A stretch of 64,000 nucleotides of DNA. Origin: Cyanobacteria bacterium P01_E01_bin.42. Its GTDB lineage: Bacteria; Cyanobacteriota; Cyanobacteriia; Cyanobacteriales; Spirulinaceae. A program made the translations under genes and the position numbers. Every line of letters begins with the position of its first letter. Positions within the stretch are counted from its first letter, which is position 1. Where the stretch lies: assembly GCA_039194995.1 (NCBI GenBank), contig JBCCVR010000004.1, positions 18,883 through 82,882 on the forward strand. The letters run 5' to 3'. The notes under the pieces are model-generated. The model did no database searches and had not been told where the DNA came from. It was given only the letters and a program-made list of their open reading frames with translations. Shown here in pieces: positions 17,738 to 28,466 of this stretch.

Positions 17738-18721
17738 TTACTTCTTTTTCTCCTTGTATCTCATATCTGCATATTTCTTCATCACGCGATTAAAAGTTTT
17801 TGCAACACCCGTTCCTTTCGATGCACTCACTAGGGCGACAGAAAAATCGATATGATGTTCCGGTTTGGCAATTTTATCGCAAGCATCGCGAATATTATAC
17901 TCGATGCGTTTGAATAGATTGCGGGCGTACTCTTCTACATTCGCCAAACTTACACCGGGGATACAGCCCATTGCTACAATTTGTTCTAGCAAATCCATCT
18001 TATTAATGATTAGAGTCACACACAACAGGTTTTTACTGTATACCGTGGCAAAAACAATTTCTAAAATTGCCGGAACAATATATTCAAGATGCTGTTCAAC
18101 TCGCTTGCGGATTTTAGTTTCGGTATCAACGGCCAACCATTCAACTAATTCATTAGTATCTAGTGGTTTGCTATTTTTTTCAATTCGCGGGGCAATATCA
18201 ACAATAAAAAAGACTCCATTCACCAAACGCCTGTCTGGGGGACCAATAACCTGTGGTGACGCATTGAGAGTATTCTGGGAAGGAGATTGACCTTGATAAT
18301 CGGAGACAACAATCCGACAGCGTCGTTTCGTTTCCAAGTCTAAGTATTTTTCTGCCGTATAGAAGGCAAAATATTTTGTGGCTTGTTCGGGTCTGACTTC
18401 CCCACCCAGCCAACTTTTAATCAACGTGGTCTTGCCGCTACCGCCGCGACCGTAGAGATAGAAACGACTTGAAGGCTTCTTGAGGATGGAATCATTGCGG
18501 AGACTATCCACCATATCCCGGTAGAGTTCTGTCGTTGCGCCGACCGAAATGAGGGCAAAAACGGCAACCAGCAAAAGGCTAATCAAAATAGGCCCGGCCA
18601 CTTTTTCCGAACCTTGCAGAAAGATAACGACGACTACGGCGCAAACGATCAAAAATATGAAGATTAAGGTTCTGCGTCCTCTCATTGTGTCATTCCGGTT
18701 GCGATGGGGTATGGGGGTCAT
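17738..18721 (-). CDS. Ras-superfamily small GTPase with two N-terminal transmembrane helices
   Basis: G1 GRGGSGKTT, G3 DYQGQ, G4 NKMD, G5 SASK. Two hydrophobic helices in the first about 65 aa. Confidence 0.7.
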   Translation of the reverse strand: MTPIPHRNRNDTMRGRRTLIFIFLIVCAVVVVIFLQGSEKVAGPILISLLLVAVFALISVGATTELYRDMVDSLRNDSILKKPSSRFYLYGRGGSGKTTLIKSWLGGEVRPEQATKYFAFYTAEKYLDLETKRRCRIVVSDYQGQSPSQNTLNASPQVIGPPDRRLVNGVFFIVDIAPRIEKNSKPLDTNELVEWLAVDTETKIRKRVEQHLEYIVPAILEIVFATVYSKNLLCVTLIINKMDLLEQIVAMGCIPGVSLANVEEYARNLFKRIEYNIRDACDKIAKPEHHIDFSVALVSASKGTGVAKTFNRVMKKYADMRYKEKKK

Positions 18722-18913
18722 TCTACGTTAGTATACGCTGATAAATATCTCTGGGGACATTTTCTTAACGCTGTAAGGGAGGAAGCGATCGCGGGCGGTC
18801 GCTTTTATTTTACTTGGCATGGGGAATTTCTTTATACTTCCCGCCAGTTTTCAGTTAATTTCCGGATAAAGGGAAAAATTGCCCTCCGATCGCCGTTCAC
18901 TTGTGTTATTTTT

Positions 18914-21835
18914 TTATTTCGCTTCCATCCAATTTTTTCCGCCTCGCACGTCTACAACTAAGGGAATGCTTAAGCGTACGGCATTTTCCATCCCTTCTCG
19001 AATTTGCGGTTCTAATTCTTGCCATTCTTCTGGTGGAATTTCAAAAACCAATTCATCGTGAACTTGCAACAGCAATTTGGCCTGATAATTTTGCAAAATT
19101 TTGTGCAAGCGAATCATGGCAATTTTAATAATATCCGCACTCGATCCCTGGATGGGGGCATTGGCGGCTGCTCTTAAGAGTTGTGAATCTCCTTGGGAAA
19201 GTTTTTTCAGGGTTTCTAGTTCGATCGCTTCGGGATCTCGTCCTTTGAGTCTGCGCAGGCTTTCTCCGGCAAAATTAAAGTAACGGCGGCGTTTGCACAA
19301 GGTTTCGACATAACCGAGGGCGATCGCTTCTTTTTTCATTCGTTCTAAGTAGGCAAAGACATTGGCATAACGCTCTCGATAGCGATCGATAAAGACTTTG
19401 CCTTCTTTGCTACTCACTCCAGCTTCTCGGGCGAAGCGTTGGGCACCCATACCATAGATTACCCCAAAATTAATCGTTTTGCCCAAGCGGCGCTCATCTG
19501 GGGTAATCTCTTCTTTTTCAAAGAGTAATTGTGCGGTGACGCGATGCACGTCTTGGCGATCGCGATAGGCTTTTAAGAGAATGGGTTCTTGACTTAAATG
19601 GGCGAGGATTCTTAATTCAATTTGGGAGTAATCGGCGGAGACTAATTGCCATCCTTCTCGCGGTAAAAAAGCTTGGCGAATTTGCCTTGAAAACTCGCTG
19701 CGAATGGGGATATTTTGTAAGTTGGGACTGGAGGAAGAAAGGCGGCCCGTTGAGGTACCCGTTTGGTTAAAATTGGTGTGAATGCGTTGGGTTTTGGGAT
19801 GGACGAGGGCGGGAATTGCGTCTACATAGGTTGATTTGAGTTTGGAGAGGGTGCGATATTCGAGAATGCGATCGATGACGGGATGATCTCCTTGTAATTT
19901 CTCTAAAGTTGCGTGGTCTGTGGAATAGCCTGTTTTTGTTTTTCGGGTTTTTCTCGTACTCAATCCCAAGGTTTCAAACAGCAATTTACTTAACTGTTTG
20001 GGAGACCCTAAATTAAATTCTTCTCCAGCCTCTTTGTAAGCATTTTTTTCGATATCTGTCAAGTCTTTCCCTAACTGTTCGGAGAGTTTTTGGAGATAAT
20101 CGGTATCGATACAAATACCTCGATCCTCCATTACAGCGAGGACAGGTTCTAAAGGTTGTTCGACTTCTAGAAATAGTTTTTCTAGTTCGGGTATTTTTGC
20201 CAGTTCTTCTTGCAATTTTGGCACGAGACAAAAGGTCGAGTAGACATCCATACCGCAATAGTTTGCAGTTTTAGGAATGGAGAGATCGGCAATCGTTTTA
20301 CCTTTGGGAATGTCTAAATCTTTATAGCTTTTGGCTTCGATCCCGGTTAAATATTTGAGGGAGAGATCGGTTAAATTATGCAGGCCATCAGGAATGAGAA
20401 TATAGCTGGCTAACAAAGTATCAAAAACAACGCCCTCTAGGGAAATACCTTGATATAAGAGAACGAGGCGATCGAATTTTGCATTTTGTAGGGATTTGGG
20501 ATAGTTTTCGCTTTCCAGAATGGGTTTTAATGCGTCTAAAACCGTTGTTTTTTCCAATTGCTGCCCTTCGCTATGATTGAGGGGAATATAAGCCATTTCA
20601 TCGGGCTTTTCTCCCCAACAGCAACCGAGTCCGACTAATTCAGCATCGCGAGGTTCGAGGGAATTGGTTTCTGTATCCCAAGCAACGGGAATTTGGGGAT
20701 TGGTATGGGTTTTTAGGCGATCGACTAAGGCTGTTAATTTTTCTACTGTATCGATAATTTCCGGTGAAATAATCGTCTCTTCTTCAACTTCTGCATTGTC
20801 GGTATCTTCAGCACTAAAAAACCATGTCTCCTCGCTTTCCGGTGCGTCCATTTCCAAGAGAGCGGATTCGGTAAAATCGCCGCCGAATCGTTCTTGTAAT
20901 TTGTCGATTTGTTGCAGTAGCTTTTTGAGTTCTAATTTTTCTAGTAAGGGTTGAACTTTTTGGCGATCGAATCCGGACAGTTGCAAATTCTCGAATTCAA
21001 GGTCTAAAGGAATGTCGAGTTTAATGGTTGCCATAAACTGGGAGTGTTTAGCATCTTCTTGTCCGGTTGTGAGTTTCCTGTTATTTGCTCCTTTAATTTG
21101 GTCGAGATTTGCATAAATATTCTCTAATGTCCCATACTCTTTCAGCAATTTCACTGCTGTTTTATCGCCAATTCCTTTAATGCCGGGAATATTATCGGAT
21201 TTGTCGCCACACAGGGCTTTATAATCGATCACTTGGGAAGGGTTTATTCCCATTTTTTCTTCAACTTCTGCAGCTTTAAATTCCGGCGATCGCGATCGCG
21301 CACTTTTCATCGCCTTCGGATCTAAATACAACACGCTAATCTGTTTTTCATCATCAACGACTTGAAATAAATCGCGATCGCCAGTGACAATTTTAACGCG
21401 ATGTCCCGCTTGACTTCCCGATCGAGCCAGCGTACCAAGAATATCATCGGCTTCGTATCCCGGGGCGATAACCGTCGTTATTTTTAATGCTTGTAAAAGT
21501 TCTTGTAGATTTTTCAGATCCGGGAAGAAATCTTCCGGCGTTTCTTGGCGATCGGCTTTATAGTTAGGATCGGCTTGGTGGCGAAAGGTTGGCTTATCCG
21601 TATCGAAGGCGATCGCCAGATATTTCGGTTGTTCGACTTGGATGACTTGCAAAAGAGACTTGAGAAAGCCAAAACAGATATTAGTGGGAATTCCCGTGGA
21701 AGTGCGCAATCCCCCATCTCGTCCCTTAGCAAAGGCATAATAGGAGCGAAAGGCAAGGGAATGTCCGTCAACGAGAAGCAAAGTTAAGGGGGATGTTGAA
21801 GCGTTCAAAGGTTTTTCAAACTCTACCATCCCCAT
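18914..21835 (-). CDS. polA: DNA polymerase I
   Basis: 973 aa with 5'-3' exonuclease, 3'-5' exonuclease and pol A-family motifs (DYSQIELR, QVHDELVFE, RRxxKxxNFGxxYG). Confidence 0.95.
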   Translation of the reverse strand: MGMVEFEKPLNASTSPLTLLLVDGHSLAFRSYYAFAKGRDGGLRTSTGIPTNICFGFLKSLLQVIQVEQPKYLAIAFDTDKPTFRHQADPNYKADRQETPEDFFPDLKNLQELLQALKITTVIAPGYEADDILGTLARSGSQAGHRVKIVTGDRDLFQVVDDEKQISVLYLDPKAMKSARSRSPEFKAAEVEEKMGINPSQVIDYKALCGDKSDNIPGIKGIGDKTAVKLLKEYGTLENIYANLDQIKGANNRKLTTGQEDAKHSQFMATIKLDIPLDLEFENLQLSGFDRQKVQPLLEKLELKKLLQQIDKLQERFGGDFTESALLEMDAPESEETWFFSAEDTDNAEVEEETIISPEIIDTVEKLTALVDRLKTHTNPQIPVAWDTETNSLEPRDAELVGLGCCWGEKPDEMAYIPLNHSEGQQLEKTTVLDALKPILESENYPKSLQNAKFDRLVLLYQGISLEGVVFDTLLASYILIPDGLHNLTDLSLKYLTGIEAKSYKDLDIPKGKTIADLSIPKTANYCGMDVYSTFCLVPKLQEELAKIPELEKLFLEVEQPLEPVLAVMEDRGICIDTDYLQKLSEQLGKDLTDIEKNAYKEAGEEFNLGSPKQLSKLLFETLGLSTRKTRKTKTGYSTDHATLEKLQGDHPVIDRILEYRTLSKLKSTYVDAIPALVHPKTQRIHTNFNQTGTSTGRLSSSSPNLQNIPIRSEFSRQIRQAFLPREGWQLVSADYSQIELRILAHLSQEPILLKAYRDRQDVHRVTAQLLFEKEEITPDERRLGKTINFGVIYGMGAQRFAREAGVSSKEGKVFIDRYRERYANVFAYLERMKKEAIALGYVETLCKRRRYFNFAGESLRRLKGRDPEAIELETLKKLSQGDSQLLRAAANAPIQGSSADIIKIAMIRLHKILQNYQAKLLLQVHDELVFEIPPEEWQELEPQIREGMENAVRLSIPLVVDVRGGKNWMEAK

Positions 21836-21918
21836 TGTACAAACGAATTACCCCGATCGCGAACTGAGGTCGAGGGATGCTGAGGTCTCTCTCGGTTGCG
21901 AATCGCGGCGAATCGCGA

Positions 21919-22263
21919 CTACCATTGTGCTTGGTCGATCATATTTTTGCATTTTTGCCAGATTTCTAGCTCGGAACGCCATTTTTCCAGTTCGGTTCTG
22001 AGTCGAGTCGGATCGCCGACATAGGTTGACAAAATTAACTCTCTTCGATCGATTTTGTCCTTGAGGGTATTGGTTTCTAGAGAGATTGTGTTTTGAATTT
22101 CCGAGATTTTCATGGCTGCGATCGCTATCCTAAAAAATGATTGCTGTTTGCGGTTGTTAAAACTTTGTAACAGAATATATCTAATTTTGTCATTGAGGGC
22201 AACCGGAAAGAGAAAACGCGGAAAAGTCCCCGTTTCCTGTAGGATCGAGAGGAGTAGGTGCAA
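21919..22263 (-). CDS. hypothetical coiled-coil protein (true start may be the internal Met, about 63 aa)
   Basis: ORF only; lies upstream of polA on the same strand. Confidence 0.3.
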   Translation of the reverse strand: MHLLLSILQETGTFPRFLFPVALNDKIRYILLQSFNNRKQQSFFRIAIAAMKISEIQNTISLETNTLKDKIDRRELILSTYVGDPTRLRTELEKWRSELEIWQKCKNMIDQAQW

Positions 22264-22283
22264 TTGTGGAGGAGATTCGCCGC

Positions 22284-23084
22284 ATGAGTTTGGGATACAG
22301 ACAACGGCGTTTAAAGTTCCGGCTGTCTCGCTGGCTGTTCGTCGCCTTTTTGGTGGTTTCGGCGCTCTTTTTATCCGGCTGCATTCGCTATGATGTAGGC
22401 GTAACGGTGCGGGGTCAAAATGGCGGGACGATTTCCCAGCACGTTAAATTGGGCGAACAACTGACTCGCTTTAGTCCTACAGAAGCCTCTCGCTGGCTGA
22501 AAACCATTGAAGATCGGGCCAAAAAACTGAAAGGGAAGAGCAAATATATCGCCGATGACGAACTTCTCGTCACGATTCCGTTCTATAATGGCAAAGATTT
22601 AGTTTCCAAGTTTAACAAGTTTTTCAATCCCGCCGGACAGGATATTGCTACCTCGGAATCCAACACTCTCGATGCAGTCCAACTGGTTTCCGAGATTGAG
22701 ATCGAGCAAAGCAATCTTATTTTAGTCGAACGCGATCGCCTTAGTTTGGCGGTGGATATGCGCGGGTTGGAAGTATTGAGCGATCGCTCTCCTATTTCCC
22801 TCGAGTCTGGTTTCCCCATTACCATCGATTTTTCCCTCTCCACTCCTTGGGGTGCAAGATATTTGGTGCGCACTCCCGACGGGATTTCTCCCCCCGTGCG
22901 ACGGGTTGGAGATCGCTCCATTTGGACGCTACAAACCGGAGAAATCAATCATATTGAGGTAGTTTACTGGGTGCCGAGTTATTTGGGGATGGGGTTTATC
23001 GCGATTGTTTTGTTGACAATTGGCGGAATTTATGTTAGGGATCAATATTTTTCTGGCTCGGATACCCCGGTAACAACTTCTTAA
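22284..23084 (+). CDS. hypothetical lipoprotein with C-terminal TM helix
   Basis: GGAGGAG RBS. Lipobox LSGC after an R-rich N-terminus. C-terminal hydrophobic helix. Confidence 0.55.
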   Translation: MSLGYRQRRLKFRLSRWLFVAFLVVSALFLSGCIRYDVGVTVRGQNGGTISQHVKLGEQLTRFSPTEASRWLKTIEDRAKKLKGKSKYIADDELLVTIPFYNGKDLVSKFNKFFNPAGQDIATSESNTLDAVQLVSEIEIEQSNLILVERDRLSLAVDMRGLEVLSDRSPISLESGFPITIDFSLSTPWGARYLVRTPDGISPPVRRVGDRSIWTLQTGEINHIEVVYWVPSYLGMGFIAIVLLTIGGIYVRDQYFSGSDTPVTTS

Positions 23085-23092
23085 AATAAAAA

Positions 23093-23653
23093 ATGGTTGT
23101 CACTCCAATTTCCACGCACCGATGGACGGTGGAACAATACCACCAAATGATAGAAACGGGGATTTTAACCCCTCGCGATCGCGTAGAACTGATTCGAGGA
23201 GAAATTGTCGATGTGAGTCCGCAAAAGCCCGTTCATGCGGTTTTAATTTGTTTGTTAGCAGATTTATTGAGAGAGCGGTTGCAAGGCAATGCTTATGTGC
23301 GATCGCAACTTCCCATTACCCTGTCAAACTCAGAACCCAGTCCCGATCTGGCGATCGTGCGGGGGACGGCGAGAAGTTATCTGACTCAACATCCCCTACC
23401 AGACGATATTTTCTGGCTCATTGAAGTCTCAAATACAACCCTCGCTTTCGATTTAGGAGCAAAAGCAGAAGTTTACGCGATCGCGGGAATCCCGGAATAC
23501 TGGGTTTTCGATTGTCAACAAAATCGTCTGCACCTGTTTCGAAACCCGCGATCGGGTCAATATCAACAAGAAATGATTATTTCAGGAGGCGAAAATATCT
23601 CTCCCATCGCCTTTCCACATCTCACTTTAACCATCGAGGAGTTTTTGATTTGA
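23093..23653 (+). CDS. Uma2-family (DUF820) putative restriction-endonuclease-like protein
   Basis: W(T)VEQYHQM...G..TP...ELI.GEIV signature of the Uma2 family that is abundant in cyanobacteria. Confidence 0.8.
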   Translation: MVVTPISTHRWTVEQYHQMIETGILTPRDRVELIRGEIVDVSPQKPVHAVLICLLADLLRERLQGNAYVRSQLPITLSNSEPSPDLAIVRGTARSYLTQHPLPDDIFWLIEVSNTTLAFDLGAKAEVYAIAGIPEYWVFDCQQNRLHLFRNPRSGQYQQEMIISGGENISPIAFPHLTLTIEEFLI

Positions 23654-24064
23654 ATTAAGATATCAGGAAAGTGAAGGCTGCAATGCGAGCATCTTTGTAT
23701 CCCATTTTTTCCATTCTGAAGCCTCAAAGGGATGAGCCGCCAAACTACACGCCTTCCAACAGCCTTGTACTGGGACGTTTAATTGACGGCAGTTTCCACC
23801 ACGTCTTCCTTGAGGGGCATAAAAAATACAACGGCGACAAGTTGATGTTAAAGATTTTTCTGAGTCCATGATATTTTATAGTAGTTTTGCGAACCCGATG
23901 CTTACAAACATTTTGCCATCTGTGCGGTAAGGCGACAGCGATCGCGAGTTTGACTCGAGAGTGCTTTCGTGCAGATATTGAAGTGATGCAGATAACCCGA
24001 TCGATGCGATCGCGTGCAGGAGATAGAATAAAATTAACTGTCAGTCGGATAAGAAATAGCGATC

Positions 24065-24481
24065 GTGGCAAAAGACATTTTTCATCAACAAGTTAAAAGT
24101 GCTTTAATCAAGGACGGGTGGACGATTACTCACGACCCGCTAACCCTCCGCATCAGTGAAGCCGTGAAATTGCAGATCGATTTAGCCGCAGAAAATGCGA
24201 TCGCAGCAGAACGAGATTCTGAAAAAATTGCAGTAGAAATTAAGAGTTTTATCGCAGATTCAGATATTAGTGCTTTTCATACCGCACTGGGGCAATATCT
24301 CAACTATTATCAAGCCCTTGAAGAACAAGAGCCAGATCGTCTCCTGTATTTAGCCATTCCTGTGGAGACTTATCGAGATTTTTTTCAACTTCCTTTTATT
24401 CAACGAGCGATCGCTCGTCACCCAATGAATCTCATTATTTATAATCCTAGATTGGAGGAGATCGAAGAATGGATCGCCTAG
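24065..24481 (+). CDS. xisH: XisH family protein
   Basis: MAKDIFHQQVK.ALIKDGWTIT..PL N-terminus typical of XisH; overlaps xisI by 13 bp. Confidence 0.8.
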   Translation: MAKDIFHQQVKSALIKDGWTITHDPLTLRISEAVKLQIDLAAENAIAAERDSEKIAVEIKSFIADSDISAFHTALGQYLNYYQALEEQEPDRLLYLAIPVETYRDFFQLPFIQRAIARHPMNLIIYNPRLEEIEEWIA

Positions 24482-24807
24482 AACAATATCGACAATTTAT
24501 CGAGCAAATTTTAACAGAACACGCTCAGATTTCCACAAGCACGGATACAGATGTAAAACCGCAACTGATTTTCGATCGCGAACGAGACCATTATCAGTTA
24601 TCTTTTGTAGGTTGGCAGGGAGATAAACGAGTATTTGGACCCGTGATGCACTTTGATATTGAAAATGGCAAAATTTGGGTGCAATATAACGGAACGGAAG
24701 AGGCTGTTGCTGAAAGATTGGTAGAAATGGGCGTACCCTCTTCAGATATCGTTCTGGGCTTCCATTCTGCTTTTAAACGTCAATTTACACGTTATGCAGT
24801 GGATTGA
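24469..24807 (+). CDS. xisI: XisI family protein
   Basis: MDRLEQYRQFIEQIL...ENGKIWVQYNGTEE typical of XisI. Confidence 0.8.
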   Translation: MDRLEQYRQFIEQILTEHAQISTSTDTDVKPQLIFDRERDHYQLSFVGWQGDKRVFGPVMHFDIENGKIWVQYNGTEEAVAERLVEMGVPSSDIVLGFHSAFKRQFTRYAVD

Positions 24808-25237
24808 AAGCTAAAACCTGCTTTCCCGTTTGATAATTTAAGACTCCGGTGGGTTCGTCGCAGAGCAAAACTTAGGAGCATTTAGCGATCGCTCGAGCAA
24901 TCGTAACCTGTTGCTGTTTCTTAACTATAGCACCTTAAAGAGGCTTCATTAGCATGGGTTAAATTGCGATCGCGAATCCGATTTTTATTTTTTTCAGTCA
25001 GAGATTAACCCGATTTCCAAAGAATGTCAAAGATCTCAATCTTGTTTTCTTCTAAGCGCGATCGTAAAAAATCCCAATTTAACTCATTTTCAGTGGTAAT
25101 CTACTTCACAAAAAAAATATAAGATCGTTCACTAAAATTTTAGATTTGGATCGCACTAGAAATTCAAAATCTCGAAGACCATAAAAATGTAATCGACACA
25201 AGACCTAACACATAAAGTTCTCAAGGAGGTTGTACCA

Positions 25238-25495
25238 ATGAAAACTTACCAACTGAAAAAAAACAAATGGAAAATTGTTGGTGTGTGGATTGGTGGGGGT
25301 CGCCGGATCTACTGTACGGTAGAAACTAACCGACAATGTCGGTGGCGACGAGGAACGATTCCCGGGTGGGGTAAGTTCACCGAACAACACTCAACAATTC
25401 TTCTGGGCATTTTTGCTTTTTTACAAGTGAAATCACCCGTTGATACAGTTTGCAAAACATCTTTTCAGAAAGAAGATGTAGGTTGGGTTGAATAA
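25238..25495 (+). CDS. small basic Trp/Arg-rich hypothetical protein (85 aa)
   Basis: Strong AGGAGG SD 7 nt upstream of the ATG. No family recognised. Confidence 0.35.
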   Translation: MKTYQLKKNKWKIVGVWIGGGRRIYCTVETNRQCRWRRGTIPGWGKFTEQHSTILLGIFAFLQVKSPVDTVCKTSFQKEDVGWVE

Positions 25496-25509
25496 ACATA
25501 ATTTTTCTG

Positions 25510-25537
25510 AGTCGGGTTGAGATAAAGCAACCCGACT
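25510..25537. terminator. perfect 10-bp hairpin (AGTCGGGTTG-agataaag-CAACCCGACT) between convergent genes
   Basis: Inverted repeat seen directly; weak T-tract. Confidence 0.3.
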
Positions 25538-25584
25538 TATTAACTGTAGGGATGCAAAATTTTAAGTCCCTATAAATACCCGAA

Positions 25585-27462
25585 TTATGCAGCAGAATCG
25601 ACAAAATCAACATCGATGATATCATCATCAGTTTTGGTATTTTGTGCCGTTTCTTCGTTAGAATTGGCATACATGGCATTGCCGATTTGCATTAGGGTTT
25701 GTTTCAATTCATCGCTGAGAGACTTCAGGCGATCGCTCTCTTCTTTTTCGATCGCATCTCGTAACTGTTGGATGAGATTTTCGGCGCGATCGCGATCTTC
25801 CGAAGCAACTCGATCGCCTAGATCGTTCAGTTGTTTCTCGGCTTGATAAACTAAGGAATCCGCCGTATTTTTGGCATCGATTTGCTCTCGGCGTTTCTTA
25901 TCTGCTTCTGCGTTTCGTTCCGCATCTTTCATCATGCGATCGACTTCTTTTTCATCCAAAGTTGAGGCTCCGGAAATGGTAATCGATTGCTCTTTTCCAG
26001 TGGCTTTATCTTTCGCAGAAACCGCTAGCACGCCATTAGCATCAATATCGAAGGTGACTTCAATTTGCGGTACGCCACGCGGTGCGGGGGGAATGCCATC
26101 CAAACGGAATGTTCCCAAACTCTTGTTATCATTGGCGAATTCTCGTTCCCCTTGCAAAACGTGAATTTCCACATTGGGTTGACTGTCCGCCGCCGTCGAA
26201 AACACCTCCGATTTTTTGCTGGGAATGGTGGTATTGCGAGGAATAATAGGAGTCATGACCCCGCCCAAAGTTTCCACGCCCAAAGAGAGAGGCGTAACGT
26301 CTAACAAAAGTACGTTGCTCACTTCTCCACCGAGAACGCCCCCTTGAATGGCAGCACCCACAGCGACCACTTCATCGGGGTTGACCCCCTGACAGGGTTC
26401 TTTTCCAGTAATGCGCTTTACGAGGTCTTGCACGGCGGGAATGCGGGTCGAACCACCCACCAAAACCACCTCATCGATGCGATCGGCGGAAAGTTTGGCA
26501 TCTTTTAACGCCTGTTCGACGGGAATGCGACAGCGATCTAACAGATCCGCAGACATCTCCTCGAATTTCGCCCGCGTTAGGGTCATTTCGATGTGTTGGG
26601 GACCTTCTGGGGTGGCGGTGATAAAGGGCAGGCTGATGGATGTTTGCGTTGCGCTGGAAAGTTCGATTTTTGCCTTTTCTGCGGCTTCCGTCAGGCGTTG
26701 TAAGGCTTGCTTATCTTTGCGGAGATCGATACCGCGATCGCCCTTAAATTCATTCGCTAACCAATCTACAATTTGCTTATCGAAATCATCCCCGCCAAGA
26801 TGGGTATCCCCAGAAGTCGAAAGCACCTCAAAAATCCCTTCTCCGACATCGAGAACGGAAACATCAAAAGTTCCCCCTCCCAAGTCAAAAACGAGGATAG
26901 TTTCATTACTTTTCTTATCCAACCCGTAAGCCAAGGCTGCGGCGGTGGGTTCGTTAATAATACGCAGCACTTCTAAGCCCGCAATTTTTCCCGCATCTTG
27001 AGTCGCTTGGCGTTGGGAATCATTAAAATAAGCCGGGACAGTGACGACAGCTTGCGTAACTTTTTCGCCGAGGTAGGTGCTGGCATCATCGGCCAGTTTT
27101 CGCAACACTTGGGCGGAAATTTCTTCCGGGGAAAATTCGCGTTTCGCTTGGGGACAGTTTAATTTAACATTACCATTGCGATCGCGCTTGACCTGATAAG
27201 CAACTTCTTTACTTTCTTGTTGAATTTCATCATATTTGCGCCCGAGAAAGCGCTTAACCGAATAAAAAGTATTATCGGGGTTCATCACCGCTTGTCGCTT
27301 GGCAATTTGTCCCGCGAGGCGATCGCCATTTTTGGTATAAGAAACCACGGAAGGCGTAGTACGATGACCTTCAGCATTCGCAATTACTGTCGGCTGTCCG
27401 CCTTCAATCACTGCAACACAAGAGTTCGTCGTTCCGAGGTCAATTCCAACAATTTTAGACAT
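25585..27462 (-). CDS. dnaK: molecular chaperone DnaK (Hsp70)
   Basis: [22 protein letters not shown], ATPase and substrate-binding domains; 625 aa. Confidence 0.95.
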   Translation of the reverse strand: MSKIVGIDLGTTNSCVAVIEGGQPTVIANAEGHRTTPSVVSYTKNGDRLAGQIAKRQAVMNPDNTFYSVKRFLGRKYDEIQQESKEVAYQVKRDRNGNVKLNCPQAKREFSPEEISAQVLRKLADDASTYLGEKVTQAVVTVPAYFNDSQRQATQDAGKIAGLEVLRIINEPTAAALAYGLDKKSNETILVFDLGGGTFDVSVLDVGEGIFEVLSTSGDTHLGGDDFDKQIVDWLANEFKGDRGIDLRKDKQALQRLTEAAEKAKIELSSATQTSISLPFITATPEGPQHIEMTLTRAKFEEMSADLLDRCRIPVEQALKDAKLSADRIDEVVLVGGSTRIPAVQDLVKRITGKEPCQGVNPDEVVAVGAAIQGGVLGGEVSNVLLLDVTPLSLGVETLGGVMTPIIPRNTTIPSKKSEVFSTAADSQPNVEIHVLQGEREFANDNKSLGTFRLDGIPPAPRGVPQIEVTFDIDANGVLAVSAKDKATGKEQSITISGASTLDEKEVDRMMKDAERNAEADKKRREQIDAKNTADSLVYQAEKQLNDLGDRVASEDRDRAENLIQQLRDAIEKEESDRLKSLSDELKQTLMQIGNAMYANSNEETAQNTKTDDDIIDVDFVDSAA

Positions 27463-27569
27463 ATTTTTTCTCCGATTTCGTACTGGGGATGGGATCGGGC
27501 GGGAGTGACCCGCCCTTAGATTAAACTAAAGTGTTAAAGTGCCGTTTTTTCTGGCAGTTGCAAAGGCGC

Positions 27570-28004
27570 TTAGTTGAGAGCAACTTTGACAACTTTATTC
27601 TTTTCTTCTTCTGCTTTGGGTAGGGTGAGATGAAGAATGCCATTGGTGTATTCAGCAGTCACGCTGGTGTTTTGAATGCGGACGGGAAGGGGAATGACGC
27701 GCTGAAAACTACCGTAATAGAATTCGCTGCGTTTTACGCCACCTTCTTCCACTTTCTTTTCCGCCTTGCGTTCGCCACTGATAGAAACGGCTTCGGCTGT
27801 TGCTTGAATCTCGATATCTTTAGCATCGAGACCGGGAACTTCGAGTTTGAGTAGAACGGCTTCTGAAGTTTCTTCAAGTTCCGCAGCCGGAACAAAGTTT
27901 ACATTCATGCGATCGGGGACAATTCGCGCATCGTCAAAAATGCGATTCATTTCCCGATGCAAGCGATCGATTTCTTGGAAGGGTTGAAAACGAATCAGGT
28001 TCAT
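27570..28004 (-). CDS. hspA: Hsp20/alpha-crystallin family small heat-shock protein
   Basis: Alpha-crystallin-domain pattern (AVLLKLEVPGLDAKDIEIQ...GILHLTLPK). Confidence 0.85.
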   Translation of the reverse strand: MNLIRFQPFQEIDRLHREMNRIFDDARIVPDRMNVNFVPAAELEETSEAVLLKLEVPGLDAKDIEIQATAEAVSISGERKAEKKVEEGGVKRSEFYYGSFQRVIPLPVRIQNTSVTAEYTNGILHLTLPKAEEEKNKVVKVALN

Positions 28005-28466
28005 AATATTAATCTCCGAAGTTGTCTTTTCTATTCTTTCAGGCGTTTACTTTGCTTGCCTTTGGTTACTACTTTAGCGAGTGAAAACTGTTAAGTCAGT
28101 GTGGTTTTAACGAATTAAAAATTCAAGGTTTCCGAACCTATTTCGTTGATTTTCGGTTTACCGAACTAGGTTTTTTGGTTTTGCGATCGCTGTATTCAGG
28201 TATTAGCAAGATGACAAATTTATCGAATCTATAAAACCCTGAAATTATTCCAAACTCTAATGTTGGGTTAATGGCGATCGGGAGTTTGACAAAAAATGAG
28301 TCCTATGGGTTTGGGAACTATTGAATCGGGTATCAAACCAACTGAAAGGCGTGATAACATATCTGGGGCGCAATTGCAGGTTGATAATGTTCCTCTTATT
28401 CTTCCAGTAGGCTGCGCTTCCCTCAATGGTACTGTTTCCTAGGGGTGTTTTTATACGTTAAAAATC

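Noticed and set aside
27463-28466. CIRCE/HrcA operator upstream of dnaK or hspA, and a Moco riboswitch upstream of the molybdoenzyme
   Set aside because: No TTAGCACTC-N9-GAGTGCTAA-like element found. The 460-bp leader before 28467 has no pattern I can match to the Moco riboswitch consensus by eye. Checking needs Infernal/Rfam.
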